Below, one piece after another: positions 1 to 13,015 of a stretch of 64,000 bases of DNA; positions within the stretch are counted from its first letter, which is position 1, and every line of letters starts with the position of its first letter. Under the pieces are notes generated by a model. The model searched no databases. It had not been told where the DNA came from and saw only the letters and a program-made list of their open reading frames with translations. Position numbers and translations under genes: made by a program. Origin of the DNA: Octopus vulgaris (lineage: Eukaryota); assembly GCA_951406725.2 (NCBI GenBank), contig OX597814.1, positions 54,560,001-54,624,000 on the forward strand, in the 5' to 3' direction.

Positions 1-1218
1 TCGATGACTTAGCCTATGGGTCTTTAAATTGAGCTTGATGTTCGTCAAATCTCCTAAGAAAACAAATAATGGAAAATAAAATTTGAAAACTTTATCTGTG
101 AAAGAATGTCTAAAACTAAGTTTATATTTCAATAATGTTATTCTTTTTATAAAGTAGTTTCCCCCCACCTATCCATTACATTTCTATTGTAGATGGGATT
201 TTTTTCTATTCGACAAACAGCTTATTCATTTCTGTAATAGAGCCCGGGTAATCAAAAGCGTGCCTGTTCAGTCAGATGCGTGATTAATTTCTAAAAAGTC
301 CAGGAACACTTCATTCCCTACCACCTCCACTACAACATGACTAATGCTGACATCATAACAACGATAAAAATGAAAATAATTTCTTTAGATGATTTTTCTT
401 CGGCGGGAACTTGTTGATTACATTTACCCCTATCGACCTCAGAAAGGCCAAGTGAAAATCAAGTGGGATTTTAACTCAGAACTTATAGAGGGTGAACACA
501 AACAATAATCCCAACGCTCTTAGATTTCGCCATAAATGAATTTGGTTAGGGGTAAGAGACCAGTTTTGCAGGAGAGGGACTGATTATCGATTAATATTAG
601 TAATAGTAACAACAACGATTCGAATATTCTTTCTCATTGATTAATTGAAGGTAAACATTAAGGCAAAACACACACAAAGGAAAGCTCTAATCAATAGATA
701 TTTTTAAATAGCGAGTATTTTGTGCAAACATCTAAGGATGAAAGGAAACTAACGAAAAGTTAGATATTAATTGACTGATACAGGCTTTGTAGTTTTCGTT
801 TCTCTTTTCGGTATTTTATGACAAACCAGATGGAGATTTGGCTAATGCTTGAACTTCAGCCAAATCATCCTAAAATAAAGCCAGCCGAACCTCCGATATA
901 AGCACCTTCGGTCGAAAATCGGCATTCATTGCCTGAAAATCTCTGGCTTTCAAGGGATAGGTTTGCTGGAGAGAAAGAGAGAGAGAGAGAGGGGGAGAAA
1001 GAGAGAGAGAAAGAGAGTGAGTGTGTGTGCGTGTGTTTAGTAGGATGACGAACGGAAATATTCCTCCGTATATATCGCCTGAAATATTTTCTGGCACAAT
1101 ATCACTGGTTTTAATTTTGATTTCAGTTTTGAACGAATTAAAAAAATCAGCTATAGTGGGCGGACTTAAGGAATAACACAAGGGTGACTGGGAAATAGAA
1201 ATCAAAGACTTTGCTCAC

Positions 1219-1671
1219 CTCTTCTAGTTGTCTTTGTAACTCGGTAACCATCATCTTTAGGTAGTCGTAGCTAGCACAAGTAAGAGCTTTCATCCAACTT
1301 TCCATCTCTTCTTGGGTGTTGGAACTCAGGACGTATGTCCGGGCACCCGATCGTGGGAAGACTATTTCGAATGTGAAAGATTCCCCAGATGTAGCCCCAC
1401 CATTTCCTGTGGAAGATCCATTATTACAACTACCGCAGCTGTTGATGTGGTGAGCTGCAGCAAGTTCAATAGTACATCCTTCGAGTACTACTACCCCCAT
1501 TGGTTCCTTATCGTGTTTCTTTTCATAGTAGAACAAAAGATTGCCCTTAAGAATGAACCATCGGCGCTGAAATGATTTGTTTAGTTCTCCTTTCTTTTGA
1601 AGGTATCCCTCTTTATCCGAGGACCTATTCGAGTTAGCGAAGTGTATTAAACTCTTCTCGTTGATTTTCAT
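1219..1671 (-). CDS. PHETA1: Sesquipedalian / PHETA (FAM109, IPIP27)-like PH-domain protein, first coding exon
   Basis: Translation MKINEKSLIHFANSNRSSDKEGYLQKKGELNKSFQRRWFILKGNLLFYYEKKHDKEPMGVVVLEGCTIEL...RTYVLSSNTQEEMESWMKALTCASYDYLKMMVTELQRQLEE matches the sesquipedalian N-terminal PH domain plus coiled coil. ATG at 1671 (an in-frame upstream ATG lies at 1713). Donor GAG|GTGAGC at 1219/1218, phase 0. The downstream exon was not found in the window. Confidence 0.9.
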
Positions 1672-4339
1672 TTTCTTTTTGAATTTTTTTACTTTACTAA
1701 CACGTTGGTTCATAGTTGAGAAATAAAATAATTGAATCCAGGCCGGCTGCTAGCCGCCACGCCACCTCTGAAAGACTGTGTGTTGTTTCGGGCGAAGCAA
1801 AGGAGTGTATCACTGCCGGGAAACGTAATCTGCTGTAGTTTTGATGGCATGCTGCTTCTACCTGGAACATGATGCTGCTGATGGCGGTGGTGGTAGTGAC
1901 TGTAGTAGTTTGATTGGCGATAGTGTTGGTGATGGTTGCAGTCGTGATAACAACAATGATTCAGAAAGGGTTTGGGGTATCTAAAACAAGGGGAATTTGT
2001 GAAGGAACTGCCAGAAAAAATAGGGTTATGTTGATATTGCACGCGTTGTGACAAGGATTGCGTCCTTGTCAGCATCAACACATTCATCCTTCGACCACCC
2101 CAGTAATATATCTTCCTGGATTTTTCCAATTACCCTTCGACATTGATACGCTATCAAATTTCTGATAAGAAGGGGGCGGTGCCCAAATAATATCACTGTT
2201 AGCAAGCAATTTTCTTTCTTTGCTTCTGTCACTTACAGGAGTCAGCAGCGGATATGACGTAGCGGAAGTAGTGCTTGACACGACCAGCAATATTTTTAAC
2301 TAATGTTTATTCCGGAATTAAAACATAACTCATTCATATAATTGTTCTTTTAACGCAGAATAAATCGTTAGAGCGTCAGATAAAATATCATTAAGTATTT
2401 CTGTTGGTAGAAGATAAAGGACGTGTATACCACTCATTTTTTCAAAAGTTTTATTTTCGAATTTCTATGTTTTCGATATAGGAAAATACGATATTGCCCC
2501 AAAATCATGTTTTTGAAATGTTAATTTCCCTCACCTCACTCCAATTTATTAATTTTTAACTGTCGAATTTCGTTTTTTAAAACACGTAGAAGAATACAGA
2601 GATTACGAATCTGGGAATTGTTTTTTAATTTAAATTTTTCTGAGAGAAACACTCGATGCCCCTTTCTCCACCTATCACCTCCCCGCTTTCAAAAAACTAA
2701 AAACTCATTCATCTGATGTTTCACGCATGCTTAGAATTCTACTGAAATAGCAGACGTAAAAAATATCAGACCACCATCAGAAAACCTGGCATGCTAGGAA
2801 ACAACAGCTAAACGACATTACTGCTGGAAAAATCTCCCCGCTTTCTAAAAAGCTGAAAGTGAAACATTCAGAGGCCCAGAGATGGGTGGAGGGTGGGGAA
2901 GAAGATTTGAGTGCTTTTTTTTAAAGAAAAATTTACAAAAAATCTTTTAAAGATTCGTAATCTCTAATTGGTGCGCACATATTTGTAGTCATCGCGCAAA
3001 ATAAACATTTATGAAAATGCACACGTAAATAAGTTGTTTACAGACCATGTTTGTATAAAATTAAATTAAATCCAGGTTTAGTCACAGATCGATCAAGTTA
3101 AACTTTTAATAGTTTTGTGACAACATAGTGTTTCGATACATTCTAATGAAAAGGTAAAAGAAAGATAAAGTCACTCTCTCTTTGGAAGAGAAATTAATTT
3201 TTGATGTTCCCAAACCCCTCATAACATATTTATTTTTAAGAATTTTTCACAAAATGTTTTCGATTCTGTCTTCTGTATAATGGAATTAATACGATTATCA
3301 ATAAAAAATAAATGAATTTTGAATATTTCTTCTACTCTCTTAATTCCAAAACTTACTATTGTTTTTCGATTTTTTTTTTAATTCTTGGATTTCACAATGG
3401 AATTAATATGATTATCCAATAATTAAAAAATATATATTTAACTTCACGCCCCTAATTCCAAAGCTTTTCACTATTGAGTCTTGCGTGTTTGTGTAAGAGA
3501 AAAACATTCACTAACAAAAAATTGTTATTAAAATAATAACTACCGCTTCCAGTGTTTCAGGTTTTCGATGAGAAACAAGTTGCATGTAACCCTTCTTTCT
3601 CGTTTTCCATGAGACCCTTCTTTGCCGGGAAAATTGGAAGAATGACATAATACTCCCTCTCTTTATTTCTAACAAAACAGACCCTTGCTTTTTTTAGAAA
3701 TGAGAGTGACCCCCAACGAGAAGATCACTATCAAATTGAAATTTGGATTGTACATTTCATGGGCAAGTTTTCGAGTTTTAATACTTTATCTGCAATAATT
3801 TAAAGGTATGTTATAGATAGTTTCTTTTCATAACATACTTCTCAGTTAGTAAACGTTTTTCTCGCAACAATTTAAAGGTGTTAGAGATAATCTACTTTAA
3901 TAACGTAATTTTCTGTTAGTGAATTATTTTCTCTTACACAAACACGCAACAATTTTGATTTCGATGTATTTAAAAAATTATTTGGAAATTATAGAGAAAC
4001 GAATAGCAGAATCGGACTGTCTGTATTAAAAAAAAATCGGAAACAGTGGGGAGTTTTAGAGTTAGGGGTGTAGGGGAGGAATATTTAAAAAGATTTATTG
4101 GATAATTTGCGCCCCTGCCTTTTTTCCCCCAAATTTCTTCGGATTTCTTTTTTCGATATAGATTAGGATCCCCCCCCCCCCAAAAAAAAATACGCTTTGA
4201 AAATTCTAATTTTCCTCTCCTCGCTCCAATTTTTAACTTTTTCGATTTGTTTTTTGTAATCCTCGTACAAAAATTCAGAGATTACGAATCTAAGAATTTT
4301 AAAAGATTTTTCTTAAAGAAACACTCATAACTGGGAAGA

Positions 4340-5570
4340 TAGTTTTTGTATTTGGCAGATGCTCAGGAGCAATAAACACTGAAAATGCACAGAGAACAAC
4401 TTCCGTCATATTCCAGGGAGAAAAAACTAGAAGTAGTTGATAGCTTCCGTTACCTAGGTGACCAAGTCAGTAGCGGAGGAGGGCGCACTGAAAGTGTAGG
4501 TGCTAGAATAAGAATAGCTTGGGCAAAGTTCAGAGAGCTCTTAACTCTGCTGTTGACAAAGGGCCTCTCGCTCAGAGTAAAATGTAGACTGTATGATGCA
4601 TGTGTACGAACAGCCTTGCTACATGGCACTGAAACATGGGCTGTGACTGCTGAGGACATGCGTAAGCTCACAAGGAATGAAGCCAGTATGATCCGATGGA
4701 TGTGTAATGTCAGTGTGCATATTCAACAGAATGTAACTACCTTGAGAGAAAAGTTGGACCTAAGAAGCATCAGATGTGGTGTGCAAGAGAGACGACTGAG
4801 CTGGTATGGTCATGTGGCGAGAATGGATGAGGATAGCTGTGTGAAAAAGTGCCACACCCTAGCGGTTGAGGGAACCTGTGGAAGAGGTAGAGCCAAGAAG
4901 ACCTGGGATGAAGTGGTGAAGCACGACCTTAGGCCTCACCAAAGAAATGACTCATGACCGAGACCTTTGGAAATATGCTGTGCTTGAGAAGACCTGGCAA
5001 GCCAAATGAGACCATTAACTCGTGCCCTATGCCAGAGGCGTAACCAGCCCACTTATGCGTACCTTTTCTTTCTTTGGGCACTAAACTCTGCTTGCGAGGA
5101 CCTGTTGAGGCAAGTGAAATCAAAATCAAATTCGATGACTGGCATCCATGCTAGCGGGGTGCAAAGAGCACCATATGAGTTTGATCGTCGACAGAGCGGC
5201 TAACCGGCTTCCATGCCAGTGGCACATAAATGGCACCATTCGAGTGTGATCATTACCAGCGTTGCCTTACTGGCACTTGAGCCTTGTGCTAGTAGGCTAG
5301 CATCGCCTTACTGGCACTTGTGCTGGTGGCATGTGTAAAAAGATTCAAGTGAGGTCATTGCCAGTACCGCCTGACTAGCCCCCGTGCTGGTGGCACGTAA
5401 AAGCACCCACTACACTCTCGGAGTGGTTGGCGTTAAGAAGGGCATCCAGCTGTAGAAACTCTGCCAGATCAAGATTGAAGCCTGGTGCAGCCATCTGGTT
5501 CACCAGCCCTCAGTCAAATCGTCCAACCCATGCTAGCATGGAAAGCGGACACTAAACGATGATGATGATG
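4340..5570 (+). mobile_element. 5'-truncated RTE-clade LINE (ORF2 C-terminus, 3' UTR, (GAT)n tail)
   Basis: ORF 4385-4957 has LEVVDSFRYLG...ARIRIAWAKFREL...LYDACVRTALLHGTETW...RRLSWYGHVARM...GRGRAKKTW, the typical post-RT region of RTE elements. It ends in GATGATGATG at about 5560-5570. Confidence 0.9.
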
Positions 5571-5822
5571 TATATGTTTTGTGTGTGTATTTATAAGTGA
5601 ATGTTTCGTTTATGTTTGTATGTATGTTTATTTCTGTAAGTGAATACTTTTTTTTATTATAAACAGATATATTTTTTAATTAAATTTATTTTACCATTAA
5701 TTAATTTACTCTGGGTGTACATGCTTTTTCCCTTCCAACTAAATTTAATTTTGATTTAAGGTTTTCTTTGATTTTACATAATATGATTTTTAAATCATAA
5801 TAATATAATGAACCAAAAATAA

Positions 5823-5900
5823 GTAGCTAAAAGTAAAGAGCCACAATGTGGATAGCTAAAAGTAAAAAAACACAATGTGGGTAGCTAAAGGTAAAGAGCA
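5823..5900. repeat. 29-bp tandem repeat, about 2.6 copies
   Basis: GTAGCTAAAAGTAAAGAGCCACAATGTGG / ATAGCTAAAAGTAAAAAAACACAATGTGG / GTAGCTAAAGGTAAAGAGC. Confidence 0.8.
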
Positions 5901-6734
5901 ATCTTGCTACAACATCTTTTACTTGTGGATGTTTGGTCAAAATATTTTTGTTTCTGCTGGGCTTTAGTGAAGTAGATGTCAGAACCTCAGAGCACAAAAC
6001 ACACTGTGGTTTCCTTCTCCACCAGACTTTATCACAGTAAAACCGAATTTCAAATAAGATTCGTCATATTTCATTTTCTTTATTGGAGACATTATAAAAA
6101 AAGATAAAATTCAGTAAACTGATTTAATATAACTACATTGTATATCTATTTCGAATTTATCATATACTACAGGTGAGCATATATGCCTTAGTGTAGCCAG
6201 ATTTTGGATGTACTAATTAGCATTAAAGCTTACTTCTCACTATTAATTGTGGAAGAAGACCAAAGTGTATGTGAGCGTTTTTTCGTCTGTAGGTAAACCT
6301 TTGTGAATTGATAACCATTGAGAAGACAGTTCTGTTGAAACACATTGCCATGCAAAACAACCATGCCTTAAAAAGCCCAACCACCATGTGGGATGAGAAT
6401 GTGTGTCTGGCAAAGGGCAAGGTCATGTGGGAACATGCACTGATGAGGATAACGACTCTGAGAGACCTGCAAATGTGTGGATTGCAATAGTGGAGTGGTG
6501 AATCATGTGAGTGTAGAATACTGATAGCACATTCATGATCAACTGTTTATCTTGTATATTTTCCATCGGCCAACCACACTTGTTGTACAACAAGTGTGAT
6601 TAGAAAATGAGTGGGTAGGATTGGCATGAGTTTTTGAGGTCAGTGACAAAAAAAGATAATGGCATGTGAAAAATTGAAAATCTTGAAATTTCTAAATGTA
6701 ACTGTCTCTAGCTATCAGTTTTCATGATACTTCA

Positions 6735-6791
6735 GCATCCCTTCACGGTCCCCCTAAAATCACTTCACGGACCCCAGTTTGAGAACCACTG
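6735..6791. mobile_element. hAT (Charlie-like) terminal remnant
   Basis: CACGGACCCCAGTTTGAGAACCACTG is the reverse complement of a CAGTGGTTCTCAAAC-type hAT TIR. No partner end was found. Confidence 0.5.
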
Positions 6792-7179
6792 TTATAGAGG
6801 ATGGACGTGGAATGCTGATGTCCATATGCTTCTTGAGAATGGATACATGTTATGGTAATTTTGAGAAAAATTTTGGAATAGCCAAAATGTTAGAGAAAAA
6901 TATTCTTGCATTCCATATAATAATTAAATTATGTTGATGTGCAAGGGTTTGGGAACAGGGGATGCAGGGGGTGCACTTGCACCCACTAAAATTTTTTAGG
7001 GTGCAAAATTCAATGTTGGATCCCCTTCTTATTTTTCTTAGGCTTAGAAAATAAGAACAAGGAACTAAAATAAATAAAAAGACCCCCCCCCAGAATCCCT
7101 TGAAAGATATATTACTAAACTAAAGCATCCTCAACATTAAAAAATTAAATCTTATATATATATATATATATATAACAAC

Positions 7180-8410
7180 AACAACAACAACAACAACCAT
7201 GGCCACTTCTCAATACTGGCACAAACACCACAGTCAAGAGCCCTTCACAATTCACCTATCAACTTCCTCATTTTCTTGAAATACCACAAGTGTCTCATCA
7301 TCATCATTGTCATCATGTTCTGCTGCTACTATCCTTACCACAAGTAAACAATAGCAACAAGATCAGCACTGGAAGTCACTCTTCAATACTAGAACAATTA
7401 ATGATCTATTAAACAGCACAGTCAGGTCCCCCCCAATTTTTTTCAGAATATCGCAAGGGATCCATCATTACCAATGTCATCCTATTCAACTTCTACTACC
7501 ATTACCACTACTACAACTCCAATTAGTGAAGAACTACTTCTTCCCCTCCACTGTCCATTCAATCTGAATATATACCTGATAACTCCATAATAAATCTGTC
7601 AACTGTAAATGAAGTAAAATTATGAATGCATGAAACCCATATGTGAGTGACTATATATAAGCAGTGACTGTAGCTTCACCCATTTACCTGGGACAAGATG
7701 CACATTTCATACAAGTAATACCAACCAACACCAAATCACACATCTTACAACACCACCACCTCTACTAAATGCTAAATCATACTTAATAACTTCTACACAT
7801 GTAATCCGGAATCCTAAAATCTGTTGTTATTCCCAACATGAAAGATTATGTCTGATGTGTGGCTGTCCTTTCACTCATCTTCCAAGATCTCAATGCACTG
7901 GCAAAAGTATGACACTAAAGCACCATCAAATCCAGAGTAGAAACATCTCTTACGGTGACAGTGTTGGTCCAGACTTTCATTGAAATCCAGATATCTACTG
8001 GGTACAATAGTAAAATCACAGCTGCAAAACCATATAACTGTAACCATATACAACAGTGCAAGCATACCAACTCCAGATAACAACCCCTCCCAAAACAAGA
8101 AAGTTCTTTTTAAGCCATAATGAATCTGACAAAAGAATAAAAAAAAACATCTAGCTCTCACGCAGCACCAACCATTGCTATTACCCCAGTGCACAACTGC
8201 ACCATTGCTAGTATTAACCCACAAACTCAACTCAGTAATAATGCTAAATGTACAAGGTCTTCCACATTTCACAAATTGAACAAAAGTGTCATATCTTAGA
8301 AACCTAGCACACCGAGAGAGACCTTGTACAGCGAGAAAAGCCAATACATGAAACACTAAGTGAAACGCACCTGACCACAGACATATTGGATGGGAGGTAC
8401 ATATGTCATG
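7180..8410 (+). mobile_element. Degraded LINE 5' region (ORF1 remnant plus start of APE endonuclease)
   Basis: 8235-8410 reads VIMLNVQGLPHFTN*TKVSYLRNLA...TLSETHLTTDILDG, matching the NVxGL and LxET motifs of APE endonucleases. The upstream boundary is uncertain. Confidence 0.55.
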
Positions 8411-9559
8411 CGAAATGTAGTGAAAATGTTCATTTTTGCACTCTATGTTAAAATTGACACTGAACTAAGAGCTGTAAACAAAATTACGTGCAATTTGCTT
8501 GTAAAGTAAGCTAAAAGTAACGGCTATCAAATGTCAAAAGGAAAAAAAATCATAACATTGACAAAAGTCATTAAAAAAAATTCGCAACTCTATCTATTTG
8601 CGATAAGCGAAATTACTTTCTTGCCAACCCAATATTTCTTGATTTAAGTAGAACAAAAAACAGAACTAATTACAGATTGAAAATCCAGAAGGCGAAGATT
8701 TGCTGGTGCCGCCCCATGTATATGCAAGAAGTATAATTCTTTGCAGTGAATGTGAATCATAATGTTTATATACATTTGTAGCTTTCACAAAGAATGTGTC
8801 GAATATGTTGTAAATGCACAGTTCTTTCTTTGAGATTATGTACTCGTGTGTTAATATGCATATCTTTTGCTGGTTTTGAAAATATAAACATGTATAACAT
8901 TTGTGAAATTTAGCAGAGCATTTATTATAGAAAATAACTTGGTGTTAAATAGCGAATCATTGACTTCAACATTTTGTATACATATAATACAATTTTCGTA
9001 TTTTCCTGTAAGTTTTGCATTTTTATTTTATATCCTCATACTCTCATTATCAACTTCCAGCGAGTAATTTTTTTAATAATAACTCCATCATTATTCACAG
9101 TTTGGATATTTTAGTTTATATATAAAACCTTTCATTGTTAACCATTCTCGTAGGAAACACAAACATGATCATGATCTGACTATTTCGAACGGAAATTTTT
9201 TTATTTTGCAGCCAGCTGAAAAGTAGATATTAAATACATGAACTCAAAATGTAAGGGAGAGAATCATCAAAGGGAAGTTACTCTTCCTGGTTTATAAAAT
9301 TAAGTTATCACGAATTTATTTCGTATCATCTAAAGAAATACTTTACAAATTCGAAGTAATTATCTCATCTGGGGTTAAAAAAAAAAACGAAAAAGAGCAT
9401 AAGAGCATTTGGCATTAGTCGCGCTGTGAAGGGAAACGCACGTACAGTTACGCCTTCCATACAAAAGGGAGTGGGTCCCAAGTGAAAACACACACACACT
9501 CTCTCTCTCTAAACACACGACGATGGTTGCGATAACAACAGCAAGAACAGTAACAAACT

Positions 9560-9720
9560 CGCAGACGTGGCTGTGTGGTAAGAAGTTTGCTTCTCAATCA
9601 CATGTTCCGGGTTCAGTACCACGACGTAGCACCATAGGCAAGTGTTTTCTATTATGGCCTCGGACCGACAAATGACTTTTGGGTAGATTTGGTAGACAGA
9701 ATATGAAAGAACCCTGATGT

Positions 9721-9785
<65 letters not shown>

Positions 9786-9990
9786 GGTCTACATGTGTGT
9801 GTGTGTGTTAGCGTTTGTTCTCTACCACTTTTGACAACCGGTGTTGTTTTGTTTGCGTCCTCGTAATATAGTGGTTTGGCAAAAACGGCTGGTAGAATAA
9901 GTAACAAACTTTAAAAAAAGAAACTAAGTACTGGTGTCGATTTGTTCGACGAAACTCTACAAGGTCCAATGACTGAAACAAATAAATAAA
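9560..9990 (+). mobile_element. tRNA-derived SINE family A (degraded), with internal (TATC)n
   Basis: GTGGCTGTGTGGTAAG...GGTTCAGTACC head, GGCAAGTG core and AATGACTGAAACAA tail, shared with the copies at 14326 and 23451. (TATC)n at about 9722-9785. Confidence 0.8.
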
Positions 9991-10282
9991 ATATAAAATA
10001 TTTAATGGCATAAAAATCAAAACCACTATCGATATAAGCAAAGTCATTAAGACACAACAGAAGCTATTTTGTGTTTTTTAACGGCAGCCCCTTTTCAAAT
10101 TTCTAAAATATATACAATTCAATGAAACATTTGCAGACGTAACAGCATCAGCAATACTAACACTAACAATACTATAAAAACAATATCAGCATCAACAGAC
10201 GAATTAATAGAATTAAAGATTTACCTCCCTTCGATTCTAACATTATTAACAGTAGTAAGAAGAGTTATTTCCCTCTAATACT

Positions 10283-10357
<75 letters not shown>
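10283..10357. repeat. (TATC)n microsatellite
   Basis: Directly visible tetranucleotide run. Confidence 0.95.
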
Positions 10358-10358
<1 letters not shown>

Positions 10359-11259
10359 ACTGTTGGATTCGTCTGGTCAAAACGTCGGTTTTTTTTAAAG
10401 CGAAAATAAGATACAAGTTTTAAACACAAAGTGAATTAATAAATCAATGATATAATTACCATTACTTTCCAGTATCTTCTACCATTTTGTGGGCAAATTC
10501 ATTATGACCTGCCCATATAATTTCCTGTTTTGCTGGTGAAAAACTCTTCTGGGTGAATTTTCTCACCCTCTTCAGAGTTGAAGGTCTGTCAATTCAACGA
10601 ATTTTGAAGAGACCGAAACAGGTGAAAATCTGAAGGCGCAGGGCTGTTTGAATATGGAGGGGACGGCGATACATTCTAGCCATTTTGAACCAAAAAATTT
10701 CCCGATTGAAATCCTGAAAGCAATTTCTGTCAAACAATCTCTGTTATAGCAACCTCTCTGTACACTGCACATATCCTCCTGCAGGATCCCGCCGCTTTCT
10801 TGGACTATTTTAAAATAAAGAAGTATGATGCGTTGATAATGTTCGCTTTGGTTCTCAATTTTGAAAGTGATCCTAAGCATACAAAATACAACCTATCTCC
10901 TTGAAAGTTCGCCTCGAGCTATGTTAAAGAGTTAAGTATCTAATGAGTGCACATGCATAAGGAACGGACTGAAGTTGGCTACTTATTAGAGTGCTTAAGG
11001 TTTAGTGTCGACAAAAGAACGGACTTGTTGGCTAACCTAATATTTATCTATCTTCACACACACACACACACAAATCCGGTAAAACACTCAGTGTTGTACG
11101 AATTTGGTTAACTATACCCACCAATTAAATACCAATAAATGCAAGTAGAATGAATATCCAAGGCAATTCGTCATGTATAATAAGTAAATCCAAATATCGC
11201 TTAGAAGAATTATTTTTGATACACCCACCCACACACACGCACGCACACACATACATGTA

Positions 11260-12812
11260 TGTGTTGTTGGAATTTACAAAGAAACAAACTAAACAAAAGA
11301 CGAAGATGGGTGTGTAAACAACAAACAGATGTATTAGTTTAACACTCGGGAAGTGAGAAAGTCTTTTACGTTTTACGCTCTTCAACAGAAAGGAACACAG
11401 AAATAAACAGAGAGAGAAAAAAAAAAGGTTTAGTGTCTAGTGATCAATCATAGCGAATACCGGACAGAGGTGGTCAGACGGGAGAGCTAGGAAGAAGGGA
11501 AGACAATAAAGTAATGGTGATCCCAAAACGAAGGTGTGCGTGCGTGTGAATGTGAGAGCGTGTATGTGCGTGTTGATAGGGGCTGGTGACCTTGATGTGT
11601 GCGTGTGTGCATGCGTAGGTGTGTGGATGATGGTGTGGGTGCTGGAATGTGGTCAGTCCTAGTGTGTGCGGGGCGGTGTGATGTGGTGTGGTGTAGTATG
11701 ATGGTGTGCGGTGCGCTGGTGTGTGGTGTGCTGTGGTGGTGTGTAGTGTGGTGTGGCGTAATGTGTTGTGGTGGTGTGTGGTGGCCCCTGTGCGAAGACA
11801 CTCCGAACACAGACAGGTGTTGTAAAGAATGACCGGTAGAACGGAAATGGCGCGAAACCGGGGTGTCGTTGCCGAGTCTGACGTCTCGGAGGTGTTCCGC
11901 GAACCAGTCAGCCAAGCGGAGTCCTGTTTGACCGCTGTACAGAGAAGGACAGAGAGAGCAGGAGATGCAGTAGATGACGTTGCTGGAAGTGCAGGTGAAG
12001 GAGTCAGTCATAAGATAGGGTCGATGATGGGTGCCTGTGAGGATAGTGGTGTTGGAGAGGTAAGGACAAGTGTGACAGCGTGGGCGGGAGCAGGGGAACG
12101 AGCCGGGTTGGGAGGCTGGGTTAAGGGAGAAACTGTGGACCAGGTAATCACGTATGTTGTGAGGAGGGGTCGGTTAGGGAAGATGTGCGAAATGGAGGAG
12201 TCGAACTGGAGTCACCGGAAGGCTCGGAGAATGGTGCGTTGGTGGGGTAGGGTGGAGGGGTGGTAGATGAGGGGAAACGGGAGACGAGTGACAGCGAGGC
12301 GAGTGCAGGGTGGGGGAGCAGATGCACGGTCCATGGAACGTGCTTTGGCAAGGGTGGTGTGGATAGTAGTGAGGGGATATCCACGTAGGATGAAATGGCG
12401 AGCCATGAGTTGAGACTGAGTCTCAAAGTCATGGTTGTCACTGCAGAGCCTGCGCAGACGGAGGAATTGAAAATAGGCTGGTGTGTTTAGGGTGGGAGAA
12501 GAAGTTGAAGTATGAGTGTAAGTTTGTGTGTTTTTAGTGGATGGAGGTGGTAAGTGTGGAGTGATGAATGCTGACCGAAATGTCGAGAAAGGCGACGGAA
12601 GTGTTGGAAATAGTGCGGGAGAAGTGGAGGGCAGGACGGAAAGATTTGACAAAAGAGAGGAAGGAGTTTAGTTGTTCGCAGGAGAGTGAGGTCGCACCAA
12701 TACAGTCGTCAATATAACGACCGTATAGTTCGGGAGTGGGACCAGTGAAACTTGAGAATATTTGGGCCTCAACATAGCTAACGAACAGGTTTGAATAGTT
12801 GGGGCCCATTCT
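11260..12812 (-). mobile_element. Penelope-like retroelement (RT C-terminal half plus GIY-YIG endonuclease), frameshifted and 5'-truncated
   Basis: MGPNYSNLFVSYVEAQI...YGRYIDDCIG...VAFLDI (PLE RT motifs); QFLRLRRLCSDNHDFETQ...RGYP (thumb); FTCTSSNVIYCISCSLCPSLYSGQTGLRLADWFAEHL...PVSRHF (GIY-YIG). A GTG/GT simple repeat interrupts about 11530-11785. Confidence 0.9.
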
Positions 12813-13015
12813 CGTTCTTATGGCCTTATATGTTCATACATAAACACACACACACACACACATACACACACAGAACCACGTTGATGTTGGCCTCCTACAG
12901 TTCAAAGGTTATGTTTATTGTTTTAAACAATGTCTTCCGTGGTGATTCTCTTTCGCTGGCCATACTTCTCTTGCCAATTCTTTTGTTTCTCTTACTGTTA
13001 GTATTGTTACTAGAA

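Noticed and set aside
1147-1218. Hydrophobic C-terminus of ORF 1147-1713 (VSKVFDFYFPVTLVLFLKSAHYS)
   Set aside because: It begins at a consensus donor (GAG|GTGAGC) where family similarity ends, so it is interpreted as intron read-through.
8690-8800. Possible piggyBac C-terminal Cys-rich remnant (RRR...ILCSECES*CLYTF)
   Set aside because: Too short and degraded; no TIR or TTAA boundary identified.
11360-11395. Possible hammerhead ribozyme in the Penelope-like 3' region (minus strand CTGTTGAAGAGCGTAAAACG)
   Set aside because: Neither a CUGANGA core nor a stem II plus GAAA is intact; at best a decayed remnant.
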